Virus record (IMG/VR): IMGVR_UViG_3300042939_000506
Location: 1-61,237 of that record
Length of the DNA: 61,237 nt
Direction: 5' to 3' (one strand)
Source: a virus
Taxonomy: Duplodnaviria > Caudoviricetes
The notes under the pieces: model-generated
The model's database searches: none
What the model was told of the DNA's origin: nothing
The model's input: the letters and a program-made list of their open reading frames with translations, nothing else
Position numbers and translations under genes: made by a program
Shown: in pieces, positions 28,258 through 38,453 of the stretch
Layout: the number at the start of each line of letters is the position of its first letter
Numbering within the stretch: the stretch's first letter is position 1

Positions 28258-31200
28258 TTAGCTCATCAGGGCAAGAAGCCGGTCATGGACAATCCTGCCG
28301 CCCTGCTCGTTTCCGGTCACCGTGAACGGCGCGTGGATGGTTGTGGTGGACGTTGCTCCGGTGGACACCCGACCGGTGGTCAGCGCATCCACCAGACGGT
28401 CAAAGCTGGCGGTCTGAGCCGGGGACAGCACCCGCTCCGGTTTCACGGTGGCTTTCGGCATCAGGCCGGTGCCCCGCGCCACCCCACCCTGATCGAACTT
28501 CATGCCGGGGAACATTCCGGCGAGCACATCGGTGATGGAGGCCAGCACGGCGGAGAACCCGCCCAGAATCCCCGAGAACCCTGCGGTGATCGGGTCGAAC
28601 AGCCGCGCCAACCCCACACCGCCGAACAGGTCGGTGGTCATTCCCGGCAGGTAGGACTGCAACAGTTCACCGATGCCCTGGAACGCCACACTGAACGCCG
28701 CCTGGCCGATCTGCCCCCACACCTCGGCGGCGATGTCCATGGCTGCGTTACCGCCTGCAGTGACCGCATTGCCCACGATGCCGCCGACGATGGAGCCGCC
28801 GGGGAACGCGGCTCCCAGACCAGCCGACAACGCACCCTCACCGGCCTGCAGCAGCGCACTTCCGATGGCCTTGCCAATCGGAATGATGACCTTCTCGATG
28901 ATGTACTTGACCAGCGCGTCGAGCACCAGGCGCAGAATCTTGATGCGTTCGTCGGCGGCGGTCTGAGCACTGGACGTGGAGCGGTCCATCAGACCGGAGG
29001 TGTCGTTACGCAGCCGCCCGGACGCCTCAAACGCCAGGAACTCTCCCCGGAAGTCGCGGAACTCGCCGCTGATCTCGTTGAGAGTGTCACGGGCCTCGAC
29101 GTTGACGCCCAGCACCTTGAGTAGCACACCGATGAGCAGATTGACGATGGCCCCCAGAATCGGGACCTGCGCCACCCCGAAGAACTCGGCACCGACGGTG
29201 GAGGACACGTCCACCCCACCGCCGGTCGCCATGTACCGGACCCCGCCGCTGTTGAGCAGACCGGCCCGGAATCTCTGCATCCCCCCGAACCCGCCCATGG
29301 CGGCGACCTCATTGCGGGTCATCACCCACTCGCCGGGCATCAGCATCGCCGGAACGGAGTCCTTGCCCGGAGTTCCTCCGGTCACTCCACCGCCGCTGGC
29401 GAACCCGGCGACACCAATCACCCCGGCAGCTGCGCTGAGCACCCCACCGACCCCGTTGTTGACTATCGCCCCGCCGCCGCTGCTGTCCCCACTCTTGGGC
29501 AGCGCGGCGACAACCGCCTGAGCGATGATCGGCCCTGCAGACTGGCCGATCCCCTGCCCGATCTTGGTGACAACTTCGCTGGATAGTCCTTCGATGCCGC
29601 CACTGACGCCTGACTCCAAAGTCGGTTCAAGAATGTCGCTGCCCAGCCGTTTGGAAATCTGGTTGAGCACCGACATGACCTGCTCGTGACGGGCCTTGTC
29701 AGCTTGATCCTCGTTGGTTGTCGTGCGGTCCACCAACGCGGAAGTGTTCGACATGATCTGCCCGTTGGCGGTCATCGTCTGCGTGCCCTGCATGATGTTT
29801 TGCGCGGATTGACCGCCGCCCTGACGGGTGAAGTCGGGGACATTGAGACCGGCCATCGCCGCCAACGCCATCGGGTTCTGCTGCTGAATCAACGTCTGGT
29901 AGGGGGTGGACGGCGCGGTCGGTGTCATCTGCTGCGGGAATATCCCGTCAGCAAGACCGCCGACGACGTTGCCCATCAGACCGCCCATCAGCCCTTGAAC
30001 GTCGGCTTGCGTGCCGCCGGCCCCCAGGATCATGTTCCCGAGGATCTTGGTGGGATGCCCGAACGGCAGGTCGTCCAAGCTCATTTCCTTGGCACGACCT
30101 CTGTCGAAGTCCAGCTCGTTCCATTTGCCGGTCTGAGCTTCCCGCAGCCGGGCCTGCTTCTGCGCCCGCTCGCCGGTCGGTCGCATTATTTCGTCCAGCT
30201 TGGCCATCGTGTCGTTGACCTTCTCCTGCAGGTCAACGTGAGCTTCGGTGCCTTCAATGGAGTTCTTGAGAGCTTCGTTGTAGACCGCCAGATCGCTCTG
30301 CAGCCGCTGAACCTCTTTACCGAGACTGATGAGGTCGTCGGTGGCCCTCATCACCGCTTCGTTGTCGATCTGGGTGTAGCCGTAGGTTCCCAGCGTCGGG
30401 TCCTGCATGATCGGGGTGTTCTGGGCGTAGATGTTGTCCTTCATCGACTTGGGCATGGCGGTGCCCAGCACCGCCTGCAGGAACGGTCCCTGCATGGCGT
30501 CGGTGACGGCGACGTGAACGTGATTGCGGTGGGCAGTAGCGCCGTAGTAGCTGTTGGCGTTAACGGGCTGGCCCTTCTTGATGCCGAACCCACCCATGTC
30601 GTCGTTGTAGATCAGTTCCTCGATGTAGGGCATGTAGTTGCGGTAAAGCATCTCGGCGAACGCCCGCATCTGCGGAGTCGAGTCGCTGCCGTTGGACACA
30701 TCGACAGCGTTGCCGGTCGAATGATGACTCGTGGTTTCCCATTCGCGCCCGTACAAGCCTCCTTGCGGAGTGACCTGCAGCCCATAAGCCGTTGACAAAG
30801 CCCCGATCACGTCGAGGGCGTCCTTGGCCCCGTTCGCGTCAGGAATCGCCGCCGGGTTGAACGCGACCGCAGGAGCCGCCGCTGTGGCCCCGTACCCGGC
30901 TTCCGCGGGAAGCGGAAGCCCGGTCATCGGATACCCGGTGCCGGTCGGCATGTTGGTGACGTTGACGTTCAGGTCAGGTCGTCCCGGCCACCCCGGCTGG
31001 TTCTGCACACCACCCATGTCGGCGAACGGGTCGAACACCGGGGCACTTTCCAGGCCGACCTTCTGCCGGGCCTGGTCGATGAGATCCGCAGCCGTGAGTT
31101 CCTTCGGTTCCTTCGGCTTGGGAAGTTTGTTGCCGCGCTCATCCACAGGACTGGGCGGCACCGGAAGGGGGTTCCAGTTCCCCCACGGAGTCGCCGCGTC

Positions 31201-33714
31201 AGAGGGAGGCGTCCAGGGCGGCAACCACCCAGGAGCGTCTATCGCCCCCGCCCCTGTCGGCGGTACCACCGGGGTCAACCCCATGGTGGACCCGTCCACC
31301 GGAATACCTGTGGGTAAAGGACCTGGCTTGGGAAGTTCGGTGACCTCGACCGGAAGTGGTGAGGTCGGGGTGATCGGACCCAACCCGGCTGTCAGCGGCC
31401 CCGACAAATTGTCGGGCTGCGACTTGGGGGCCAAACTGTCCTCGGGAGTGAGAGCCGCTGAACTCTGCGGCTGAGAGCCCGGCAACGGGATGATGTCGGC
31501 AGGGTTGACCGGAACGATGATGTCTTTCAGCGCCCCCTGCAACATCGGATCATCGCTGGCTGACGGTGGAGCGATTCCGTACCGCTCCATGTTCTCTGAA
31601 GTAGCCCAGTCCCCCATGATGGGCACACCGTCCCAGGCGGCATTACCGCCAGGACCGCCAAACAACTCAGCTTTGGTGTCCCCCAAACGCTCCAAAACGC
31701 TCAGGTCCTGACCGTCAAGCTGTTTGGCGATCTTGCTGCCCAGCCACGTCCCGCCGGCAACCAGACCGGCGATAGCGGTGATGGGGAAGAACGCCGCCTT
31801 GATCGCCAACCCCAGCTTCGCCAACGGACCTGCGGCGAACGCCGCCATCGCTGAGGCCATCGCCACCAGGCCGGTACGCACCGCCTGCGGTATCAAAAAC
31901 GCCAGCAGCCCACGAACGACACCGAGAGCGGTGGTCAGAGCCGCTACACCGGAAATGACTTTCCACGCCAGGAAAGCGCCGACCACGGCCTCGATACCGA
32001 ACGGAAGCGCCTCAATGGTCTTGGCGATGAAAGTTAACGCGCTGATAAGTATCGGCAACACCTGCTCGGCTACCGGGGCCAACGCGGCTATAGCCTCACC
32101 GAACGCCCAAGCCAGACCGCCGAGAATCCTCAGGGTGTTGATGCCCTCCCGAATCCACTCAACGATCTTGCCGTTCTCAGAGTTCTTCTTCACGAAATCC
32201 GAGAACTTCTGAGTGATCTTGACCAGCCAGTTGCCGAACTCAGGGAGCAGCTGCGAACCCGTGGCCATCAGCGTGGTGATCGCGTTGACGAACGGGCCTG
32301 CAGCCGGGGCCAGGTTCTTGAACATCTGAACGGTGTTGGCCAGCAGCGTGTTGATGCTTCCCATCGTTTCCGGGGTCAACAACTGCTGAGCGACGTTGCT
32401 CATCACCTGGTTCATCTGCGCGGCGATGCCGGTCATGCCCTGCTGCAGCATCGGTAGGTAGGACTGCACCACTGCGGTGAACATCTGCGGGGCGTCCTTG
32501 AACAACGCCTGTTGAATGGACTGTTGGAACTCCTTGAACTGCGGCCCCATCTGCTGCAACGCCAACGCTGCCTGCTGCGCGTTCGGGGCGAGCTTCTGAA
32601 TCAGCTCGTCGAACTTGTCCAGATCGCCGTCAATCAGCGCACTGACAGTATCGGAGAACCCCATCGTGCCCAGCTTCAAGGTCTGCATCGCCACAGTCGC
32701 CGCGCCGATACCCGCCGGGAGCACCCACAACGCTTTGGACAGCGACCCCAACGCCCCGACCAGGCTGACGGTTGCCAGCGACATGATCGCCACCGCTTCA
32801 GTGGACACGTTCAGCGACAGCCCGGTCACTGACCGCAGAATCTCCCCAGGGACGCCGCGTATTCGTTGGGCCTCGTCCAGTGACTTTTTAAGCTGGCGTT
32901 CCCGCTCCTTCTCCGCTTGCTTGGCGGCGCGTTCAGCGTCCTTGGCCTGACGTTTCGCTGACGCTTCTGCTTCCCGCTCTCGCTTCTTGATCTCGCGGAC
33001 GGACTCGGTGGTTTTATTCTTTTCCTCGCGGATAAAGTCATTGGCTGCCCGCATCAACTCGGAGGATTCATCCCGCAACCCACTGATTACTGTTTTGCGG
33101 TATTTCTCCAGCTGCGCGTTGCGCTGATCCATGGCGTTGGCGTGCTGCTGCTCGCGTAACGCCTCTTTGGTGGCTATCTGATCTCTGAGAGTTTTGATCC
33201 GTTTGAGGGCTTTGGCGTAGTCGGATTCCTCTTTGGTCAGCGCCTTGGCGATTGCCTGCTGTTCTTCCAGCAGCGCGTTACGTTCTTCGGTCAACCGGGC
33301 GATAGTTCTCTCGCGGGTAGCCCGCCGCAAGCTGGTGTCCTTACGAGCGATCTGCGTGTCCAAATCGCTGATGCGTTCCTGTGCTCTGCTTTGCCGTTCC
33401 AGGGACCTGGCGGTTTCCTCGGTGGCCTCCTGCATTTCCTGCTGCTGTTCGGCCAGCTTCCGCATCGTGTTCTCAAACGGCTTGGACTGCTTCTCAACGA
33501 TCTCCACCTGATCGGCGAAAATGTCCAGATCAGCGTTGGCGATCTGCTTGATCGCATAGCCGATAGCGTCGATCTGCTTGTTGACGTTCTTGAGCCGCGG
33601 CTCAGCCCCTTTCCACAGATCATCGGAAAGGACCTTGCGAACCTTTTCAAGGTCGACCTGGTTGAGCTTGATGTCAGCTTCAACCGAGACCTTCCCGACG
33701 TTAGGTGAGGGCAC
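28258..33714 (-). CDS. Tape measure protein
   Basis: 1818 aa, coiled-coil and hydrophobic repeats; FASGG..G.PGKDSVPAMLMPGEWV; internal HSTGNAVD...HRNHVH motif. Confidence 0.95.
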   Translation of the reverse strand: MPSPNVGKVSVEADIKLNQVDLEKVRKVLSDDLWKGAEPRLKNVNKQIDAIGYAIKQIANADLDIFADQVEIVEKQSKPFENTMRKLAEQQQEMQEATEETARSLERQSRAQERISDLDTQIARKDTSLRRATRERTIARLTEERNALLEEQQAIAKALTKEESDYAKALKRIKTLRDQIATKEALREQQHANAMDQRNAQLEKYRKTVISGLRDESSELMRAANDFIREEKNKTTESVREIKKREREAEASAKRQAKDAERAAKQAEKERERQLKKSLDEAQRIRGVPGEILRSVTGLSLNVSTEAVAIMSLATVSLVGALGSLSKALWVLPAGIGAATVAMQTLKLGTMGFSDTVSALIDGDLDKFDELIQKLAPNAQQAALALQQMGPQFKEFQQSIQQALFKDAPQMFTAVVQSYLPMLQQGMTGIAAQMNQVMSNVAQQLLTPETMGSINTLLANTVQMFKNLAPAAGPFVNAITTLMATGSQLLPEFGNWLVKITQKFSDFVKKNSENGKIVEWIREGINTLRILGGLAWAFGEAIAALAPVAEQVLPILISALTFIAKTIEALPFGIEAVVGAFLAWKVISGVAALTTALGVVRGLLAFLIPQAVRTGLVAMASAMAAFAAGPLAKLGLAIKAAFFPITAIAGLVAGGTWLGSKIAKQLDGQDLSVLERLGDTKAELFGGPGGNAAWDGVPIMGDWATSENMERYGIAPPSASDDPMLQGALKDIIVPVNPADIIPLPGSQPQSSAALTPEDSLAPKSQPDNLSGPLTAGLGPITPTSPLPVEVTELPKPGPLPTGIPVDGSTMGLTPVVPPTGAGAIDAPGWLPPWTPPSDAATPWGNWNPLPVPPSPVDERGNKLPKPKEPKELTAADLIDQARQKVGLESAPVFDPFADMGGVQNQPGWPGRPDLNVNVTNMPTGTGYPMTGLPLPAEAGYGATAAAPAVAFNPAAIPDANGAKDALDVIGALSTAYGLQVTPQGGLYGREWETTSHHSTGNAVDVSNGSDSTPQMRAFAEMLYRNYMPYIEELIYNDDMGGFGIKKGQPVNANSYYGATAHRNHVHVAVTDAMQGPFLQAVLGTAMPKSMKDNIYAQNTPIMQDPTLGTYGYTQIDNEAVMRATDDLISLGKEVQRLQSDLAVYNEALKNSIEGTEAHVDLQEKVNDTMAKLDEIMRPTGERAQKQARLREAQTGKWNELDFDRGRAKEMSLDDLPFGHPTKILGNMILGAGGTQADVQGLMGGLMGNVVGGLADGIFPQQMTPTAPSTPYQTLIQQQNPMALAAMAGLNVPDFTRQGGGQSAQNIMQGTQTMTANGQIMSNTSALVDRTTTNEDQADKARHEQVMSVLNQISKRLGSDILEPTLESGVSGGIEGLSSEVVTKIGQGIGQSAGPIIAQAVVAALPKSGDSSGGGAIVNNGVGGVLSAAAGVIGVAGFASGGGVTGGTPGKDSVPAMLMPGEWVMTRNEVAAMGGFGGMQRFRAGLLNSGGVRYMATGGGVDVSSTVGAEFFGVAQVPILGAIVNLLIGVLLKVLGVNVEARDTLNEISGEFRDFRGEFLAFEASGRLRNDTSGLMDRSTSSAQTAADERIKILRLVLDALVKYIIEKVIIPIGKAIGSALLQAGEGALSAGLGAAFPGGSIVGGIVGNAVTAGGNAAMDIAAEVWGQIGQAAFSVAFQGIGELLQSYLPGMTTDLFGGVGLARLFDPITAGFSGILGGFSAVLASITDVLAGMFPGMKFDQGGVARGTGLMPKATVKPERVLSPAQTASFDRLVDALTTGRVSTGATSTTTIHAPFTVTGNEQGGRIVHDRLLALMS

Positions 33715-33739
33715 GCGGAAAGGTTATCGACGGGGAGTG

Positions 33740-34135
33740 CTACTCCTCAGTCGTGACAGCGTTGGTTGTCAGCAAAACGATCTCCCGCATCAGCAGACCG
33801 AGAGTTTCGCTGTCGTAGTCGGTGTCATCACCGTCCATGAGCCGCTGCATCACCCGACCGTAGGAATCCGGGCCGATGTGTTCAACGATGAACAGGCCGG
33901 TCATGTCGTTCTTGACCTCGGTGCTCACGTATTTCGACGAGGCCAGCGAGAACCCGGCCAACGCCTGCTGGGTGGGGGCGCGCACCGCCAGGTTGTCCCC
34001 GGCGAAGTTGATCCGATCATGCTCCCAGTCGGGGTCCAGTTCGTATTCGGGGGAGGTTTCGTCGTTGGTGGCGGGAAGGTTGTCCGGCGTGTCGTCAACG
34101 GTTTCGGACTTGGTGCCGGCGGGGGATTTCGACAT
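33740..34135 (-). CDS. Tail assembly chaperone
   Basis: Immediately upstream of tape measure; GAAAGG RBS; acidic helical protein. Confidence 0.75.
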   Translation of the reverse strand: MSKSPAGTKSETVDDTPDNLPATNDETSPEYELDPDWEHDRINFAGDNLAVRAPTQQALAGFSLASSKYVSTEVKNDMTGLFIVEHIGPDSYGRVMQRLMDGDDTDYDSETLGLLMREIVLLTTNAVTTEE

Positions 34136-34157
34136 GGGGGACCTTTCGGATCGGGGC

Positions 34158-34186
34158 ACAATACAGACTATCGCAGGATTCCTCGA
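34158..34186 (-). promoter_or_regulatory. Promoter TCGAGG-17-TATTGT for chaperone/tape measure
   Basis: Spacer AATCCTGCGATAGTCTG fits the shared AnnCCTnC-N6-CTG pattern; -35 is weak. Confidence 0.5.
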
Positions 34187-34902
34187 CTGCTGATAGCACG
34201 CCGCCGACGGCCCGGAGGAATCATCACTCTGCCGCCGTACTTGGCGACCATCACCGCTGCGGCCCTGTTCAAGAACGGGTTACCGTCCTGGCCGGGGTGA
34301 TCGACATAGGGGACCACCACACTGCGGCCACGAATATCCCCGACACCCCACCGGGCCTTGGTGGTGCGGTATCCCCACATACCGTCCTCTTTGCGATAGC
34401 TGGACAGCGTGGCTTTGCGGTTATTGCTCTTACGCATGTGCGTCTTGGCATCTTCAATGCCGTTGAAGGTGTGGGTCTCGTAGGTCACGATACGGCCCCG
34501 TCGATACTTCCAGTCAAAAGACAGCGCGTTGGCTTTCTTCGCCTGAATCGGGTGCGGTTCGGTGCCCTCATGGACATACCGGGCGTAAGGGGCGATACGG
34601 GAACCGGCGGTGACCGTACCGGAGATACGCCGCCCACCGGGCAGATCCTTGATGGGCTGCGCGTGAATCGACCGCATCAGGCTGCCTTTTCGGCGTGGGC
34701 CGCGAGGACCGCCCCCGGAATACTTTCGGTGATCTTTGGCGACGATCCTGCGCGACACCCGCTCAATGCTCTTGAGCATCTTGCGAAGCTCACGCCGGAA
34801 CAGCGGCGAGCACTTCACCGAAAACTGGCCGTACTCGTCCAGCTGGGTGGACAGCGAGTATTGCAGATTGTTCAGACGACGCTCACGCCTCGTCGTCGAC
34901 AC
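34168..34902 (-). CDS. HK97 gp10-like tail completion/neck protein
   Basis: GSLMRSI, APYARYVHEGTEPHPI, VDHPGQDGNPFL; very basic; start uncertain. Confidence 0.75.
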   Translation of the reverse strand: MSTTRRERRLNNLQYSLSTQLDEYGQFSVKCSPLFRRELRKMLKSIERVSRRIVAKDHRKYSGGGPRGPRRKGSLMRSIHAQPIKDLPGGRRISGTVTAGSRIAPYARYVHEGTEPHPIQAKKANALSFDWKYRRGRIVTYETHTFNGIEDAKTHMRKSNNRKATLSSYRKEDGMWGYRTTKARWGVGDIRGRSVVVPYVDHPGQDGNPFLNRAAAVMVAKYGGRVMIPPGRRRRAISSRGILR

Positions 34903-35197
34903 CGGGTTCCTCGACCGCAAACTCAGGCTCGACACCCTCAACCTCAGGTTCAGGGTTCACGTCCTCGACGCCTTCGACGGGCTCAGCACCGTCAACGTCG
35001 GGATCGGGCTCCACCACCTCGGGGTCAGGCTCGACCAGATCGGGCCGGAACACGATGAACCCGCGGCGTTCCAGGTCGTCGATGTGATCGGTGCGGGTGA
35101 TGAGGGCCTGACGCCCCCGGCGCAGCACACCGACCGCAGGGGTGACACTGCCCTCGATGACCATGGCGGTCGATTTCGCTGACTTCCTGGTAGCCAT
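34883..35197 (-). CDS. Hypothetical virion-region protein with acidic tail
   Basis: AGGAGG RBS before ATG 35197; EP/DP-rich C-terminus. Confidence 0.7.
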   Translation of the reverse strand: MATRKSAKSTAMVIEGSVTPAVGVLRRGRQALITRTDHIDDLERRGFIVFRPDLVEPDPEVVEPDPDVDGAEPVEGVEDVNPEPEVEGVEPEFAVEEPGVDDEA

Positions 35198-35205
35198 GAC
35201 GCCTC

Positions 35206-35709
35206 CTAAACGCTGATATACAGGGTGCTCATCCACGCGATGACCCCACCCTCGGGACCATACGGGTTGATGGTGTCGGCTCCGACCTGATGCTCGCCGT
35301 TCAGGTGACCCGATACCGCGCACTGCATCCGGCTCAACCGCCAACAGTCGTCCAATGACACCGCTGCCTCGTTGGTGTAGGCGTCGAAGTTCGGATCATC
35401 CATGCTGGCGCATCGGGCAACCCCAACCTCGACCACCAGAACCTCCGGTGCCCCGCAGGGCGGGACCACCAGAGAGGCGTCGGGGAAGAACTCGCTGTGA
35501 TAACGGGAAGCCAGCCGGACCCACAGGAACGGCTGATCGCAGTTAACCTCCTCGATGGGGGCACCCTCCCCCGCCAGGAACCACACCCGGTCGCTGCCCC
35601 CGCCCAGCGGTGGACAGTCGGAGGTCGGGGAGAACAGGGCACGCATCACCGCGATGATGGACTGAATGACCGGGCTGGCCGGGTCCTGGCAGGCGGGATT
35701 GTTTCTCAC
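35206..35709 (-). CDS. Tail terminator/head-tail joining protein
   Basis: FLWVRL, EVGVARC, PYGPEGG; GTGA coupling; position. Confidence 0.7.
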   Translation of the reverse strand: MRNNPACQDPASPVIQSIIAVMRALFSPTSDCPPLGGGSDRVWFLAGEGAPIEEVNCDQPFLWVRLASRYHSEFFPDASLVVPPCGAPEVLVVEVGVARCASMDDPNFDAYTNEAAVSLDDCWRLSRMQCAVSGHLNGEHQVGADTINPYGPEGGVIAWMSTLYISV

Positions 35710-36452
35710 AGCACGCTCGGCCCGGACAGGACGTGGTACGGGTTGACCGCGGAGAGCCACAGGTCGATCTCACTCATCCCTGTCTTGCCGTTGGCGTAGA
35801 TGCGGGACGGGTCGAAAACGCGGGACACTCCACGGCTGGTGGTGGCGATGACGTTGCGCGGCAGCCGGCATTGCTCACCGGAACAAGCGGCGATGAACTC
35901 TCGCGCCAACTGACCGACGAAGGTGGCGACCCCATCAGGGACGGGGATGCCTTTCATGTAGGTCACCGACCAGGTTCCGTTCTCCCCCAGCGGCTTGTTG
36001 TAGTTCTGCGGAGGCCACTGTGTACCCACCCGGTAGAGAATGTCGCCTTCCAACGAGTAGTCGCAGGGGTCCAGTACCTCACCGTTTATCGTCACTGTGA
36101 CGATTTCAGCGACCGGGCCAGGCAAATGAACGGTGCGCGGACCCGCTGCTTTGCAGCGTGCCGCGCAGCCGCAGGTGTAATTCACCCACCGCCCGTACTC
36201 GTAGGTCGGAATGTAAGGGGTCACCCGTTGATCGAACGTGGAGCCGGGACGGAACCCTCCGCAGTCCGGGGGCGGGCACGGTCGGACGGTGACCTCGCAG
36301 ACGCCGAACTGACGCCCTGACAGTGCCCACAGCACGTTGACGGCAAGGTCCTCGGCGGCGTTGCGCTCCGCAAGCCGCTGCATGTAGTCAGGATCGTCCT
36401 CGTCGGGGAGCTCGGGAAGGCAGCTGCGGTCGACAGGCCAGTTGCAGGACAT
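35706..36452 (-). CDS. Head-to-tail adaptor
   Basis: LWALSGRQFG.C.VTVRPC, CRLP..V....RGV, GKTG..EIDLWL..VNP. Confidence 0.8.
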   Translation of the reverse strand: MSCNWPVDRSCLPELPDEDDPDYMQRLAERNAAEDLAVNVLWALSGRQFGVCEVTVRPCPPPDCGGFRPGSTFDQRVTPYIPTYEYGRWVNYTCGCAARCKAAGPRTVHLPGPVAEIVTVTINGEVLDPCDYSLEGDILYRVGTQWPPQNYNKPLGENGTWSVTYMKGIPVPDGVATFVGQLAREFIAACSGEQCRLPRNVIATTSRGVSRVFDPSRIYANGKTGMSEIDLWLSAVNPYHVLSGPSVL

Positions 36453-36489
36453 GGCCTGAGATTAGTCGCCAGCGGTGCTGACCTGGGCA

Positions 36490-36545
36490 TTGACTACCCC
36501 TCCGGGGGTCTGTATTCTCATAGGTGAGGCAGGGATACACCCGCC
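36490..36545 (+). promoter_or_regulatory. Promoter TTGACT-17-TATTCT plus AGGCAGGG...CCCGCC leader
   Basis: Hexamers at 36490 and 36513; leader at 36527. Confidence 0.8.
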
Positions 36546-36562
36546 AGGAAGGTAATACCGTC

Positions 36563-36757
36563 ATGTTCAAGGCAGAAAAGACCCTCACGCTGCTGGGGGT
36601 GAGTTCGACAGGCACCAAGCACGGCCTGCTGATCGAAACCTGCACCAACGATGTCCGTTTCACCGTCACCGGGGCCAACGGCAAGCGTCACGCCTCAGTG
36701 ATCCTCGCTGATGCCGATGGCGACGTCATCTCGATGTTCCTGCGGGGTGTGCTGTGA
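36563..36757 (+). CDS. Small hypothetical protein
   Basis: GGAAGG RBS before ATG 36563. Confidence 0.7.
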   Translation: MFKAEKTLTLLGVSSTGTKHGLLIETCTNDVRFTVTGANGKRHASVILADADGDVISMFLRGVL

Positions 36758-37218
36758 CTGAGAGCATCGTGACCACCACCCACAGTGTTGACGAGCTTCA
36801 CCGTCAAATCAACGGTCAAGCCCTGTCCATTGAAACCCTGCGGGGAGAAATCGACAGGATCAAAGCCGACGCCCAGGCCAAGCTCGACGCCCAGGCAGCC
36901 GACTGGAAGAAGCTCAACGAACTTCTCAACCAGTACGCCAACGATGAGGGGCTGTGCGACGCCTACGAGGACAGAATCGACATTTGGAACAGCAGCTTGA
37001 CGCACTTCAAGCTCACAGGCCGACGCAAAGGCTTCGTTGTAAAAGTCCAGGTCAAGCTGCAATACGAGACCGAGATTGAAGTCGATGCCATCAACCGCGA
37101 CAGTGCCAAGGAGAAGATCGACGACCTCGACAGCTACGACCTGCTTGAAGGTCTGTCCATCGGGGACTACGAAGACATCGACTACACCACCCTCAGTGCG
37201 CGGGAGGGGTACCTGTGA
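36754..37218 (+). CDS. Hypothetical protein
   Basis: GTGA coupling; coiled-coil N-terminus, acidic C-terminus. Confidence 0.75.
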   Translation: MTESIVTTTHSVDELHRQINGQALSIETLRGEIDRIKADAQAKLDAQAADWKKLNELLNQYANDEGLCDAYEDRIDIWNSSLTHFKLTGRRKGFVVKVQVKLQYETEIEVDAINRDSAKEKIDDLDSYDLLEGLSIGDYEDIDYTTLSAREGYL

Positions 37219-37409
37219 ACGAGCCGGTCATCCTTTACACCGCCAACAAACAGCGGATGGTGCTGCTCGACGGCGACATGCTGACCATGCGTGTCCAGAC
37301 CCTCGACGGGCACAACCGGGCGGTGGCCAAACTGTCGTGGACTGACGCCGAAATCCTCTACGACACCCTCGGGGTCTGGTTGGGCGTGGACAGGGTGTTC
37401 GACCAATGA
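37215..37409 (+). CDS. Small hypothetical protein
   Basis: GGAGG RBS; coupled on both sides. Confidence 0.65.
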   Translation: MNEPVILYTANKQRMVLLDGDMLTMRVQTLDGHNRAVAKLSWTDAEILYDTLGVWLGVDRVFDQ

Positions 37410-37927
37410 GCGACCTCACCGGGCAAGTGCGGCAGTTCTACCTCGCCCACGACCAGATGATGCGGCTGCGCGCCCAGGACGAGATCAGCCGCCGCGACTG
37501 GGAACACATCACCGACCTCTTGGAGGACATCGCGTGTGTCGCCCACGACATCATTAGCACCACCTGGCCGCAGGACACGGTGCCGGCCACAGAATCGGGC
37601 ACGCTACGAACCCCGCAGATCGACGAAGCCGCCGCCATCGTCGCCGCCTGGCTCGGTGAACGGATGGGGCTGGACGAACCAGCCCCGATAGGCCAGGAGT
37701 TCGCCTACCGGGGTCAGGGTCCGATGCTGGTCTACGACTACGAAGGGCTGTGGTATCCGCAGAAACCCACCCCCGCGCTGATCCTGGAAGGAGGACCGGA
37801 TGACTGGGCGGTCTACGCCGCTGAGGAGTGCCGGGAAAACCTCACCGAGATCGGAGTGTTCAGCGAACCGCTGGCCAGCTTCATCCTGCAGTTCTACCCG
37901 CTACCGACAAGCCAAGTGCCCGGCTGA
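37406..37927 (+). CDS. Hypothetical protein
   Basis: ATGA coupling; ends just before terminator. Confidence 0.75.
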   Translation: MSDLTGQVRQFYLAHDQMMRLRAQDEISRRDWEHITDLLEDIACVAHDIISTTWPQDTVPATESGTLRTPQIDEAAAIVAAWLGERMGLDEPAPIGQEFAYRGQGPMLVYDYEGLWYPQKPTPALILEGGPDDWAVYAAEECRENLTEIGVFSEPLASFILQFYPLPTSQVPG

Positions 37928-37954
37928 TCCCCCGTAATGCCGGTCACCACATAG

Positions 37955-37998
37955 AGAACCGCCCCCGAGACTTCCTTCCCTCGGGGGCGGTTCTTCTT
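37955..37998. terminator. Intrinsic terminator between converging genes
   Basis: AGAACCGCCCCCGAG-N10-CTCGGGGGCGGTTCT then TCTT. Confidence 0.85.
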
Positions 37999-38006
37999 GT
38001 CTGGAT

Positions 38007-38453
38007 TCAGACGGTTTCGTCTTCCTCGTCAACCTCGACGTCCTCGTCGACCTCGACATCCTCGTCGTCCAGATCGACCAGTTCGACCTCATCGTCCTCG
38101 TCGGCCTCCTCGACCGCCGGATCGACGGCCACCTCATCGGGAACGATGTCGTCCAGCTGCTGAGCAATCGCAGCCAGAGCCGACAGATCCACCTGATCGG
38201 CAACCCCGGCGTCCACCAACTGCGACTGCACGTTGCTGGTGGCAGCTTCCAGCTTGGCGACGATCTCGTCCTTGGCCTTGGCCAGCTGAGCGACGAGAGC
38301 GTCGACTACGGCTTGTGTTGACACTTCCAGTCTCCTATCCAGATATGCGGTGTGCGCCTCGGCCACGCGGCGTAAGGCGTGAAAGCTATTCAGTTGTCCC
38401 AGAAGAACGAACAGCACCGCGAGCAGGATGGCTGCGACGGGCAGGACGTTCAT
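38007..38453 (-). CDS. Membrane-anchored coiled-coil protein with very acidic tail
   Basis: N-terminal TM segment; D/E-rich C-terminus; alternative GTG start at 38324 with AGGAGA RBS. Confidence 0.7.
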   Translation of the reverse strand: MNVLPVAAILLAVLFVLLGQLNSFHALRRVAEAHTAYLDRRLEVSTQAVVDALVAQLAKAKDEIVAKLEAATSNVQSQLVDAGVADQVDLSALAAIAQQLDDIVPDEVAVDPAVEEADEDDEVELVDLDDEDVEVDEDVEVDEEDETV

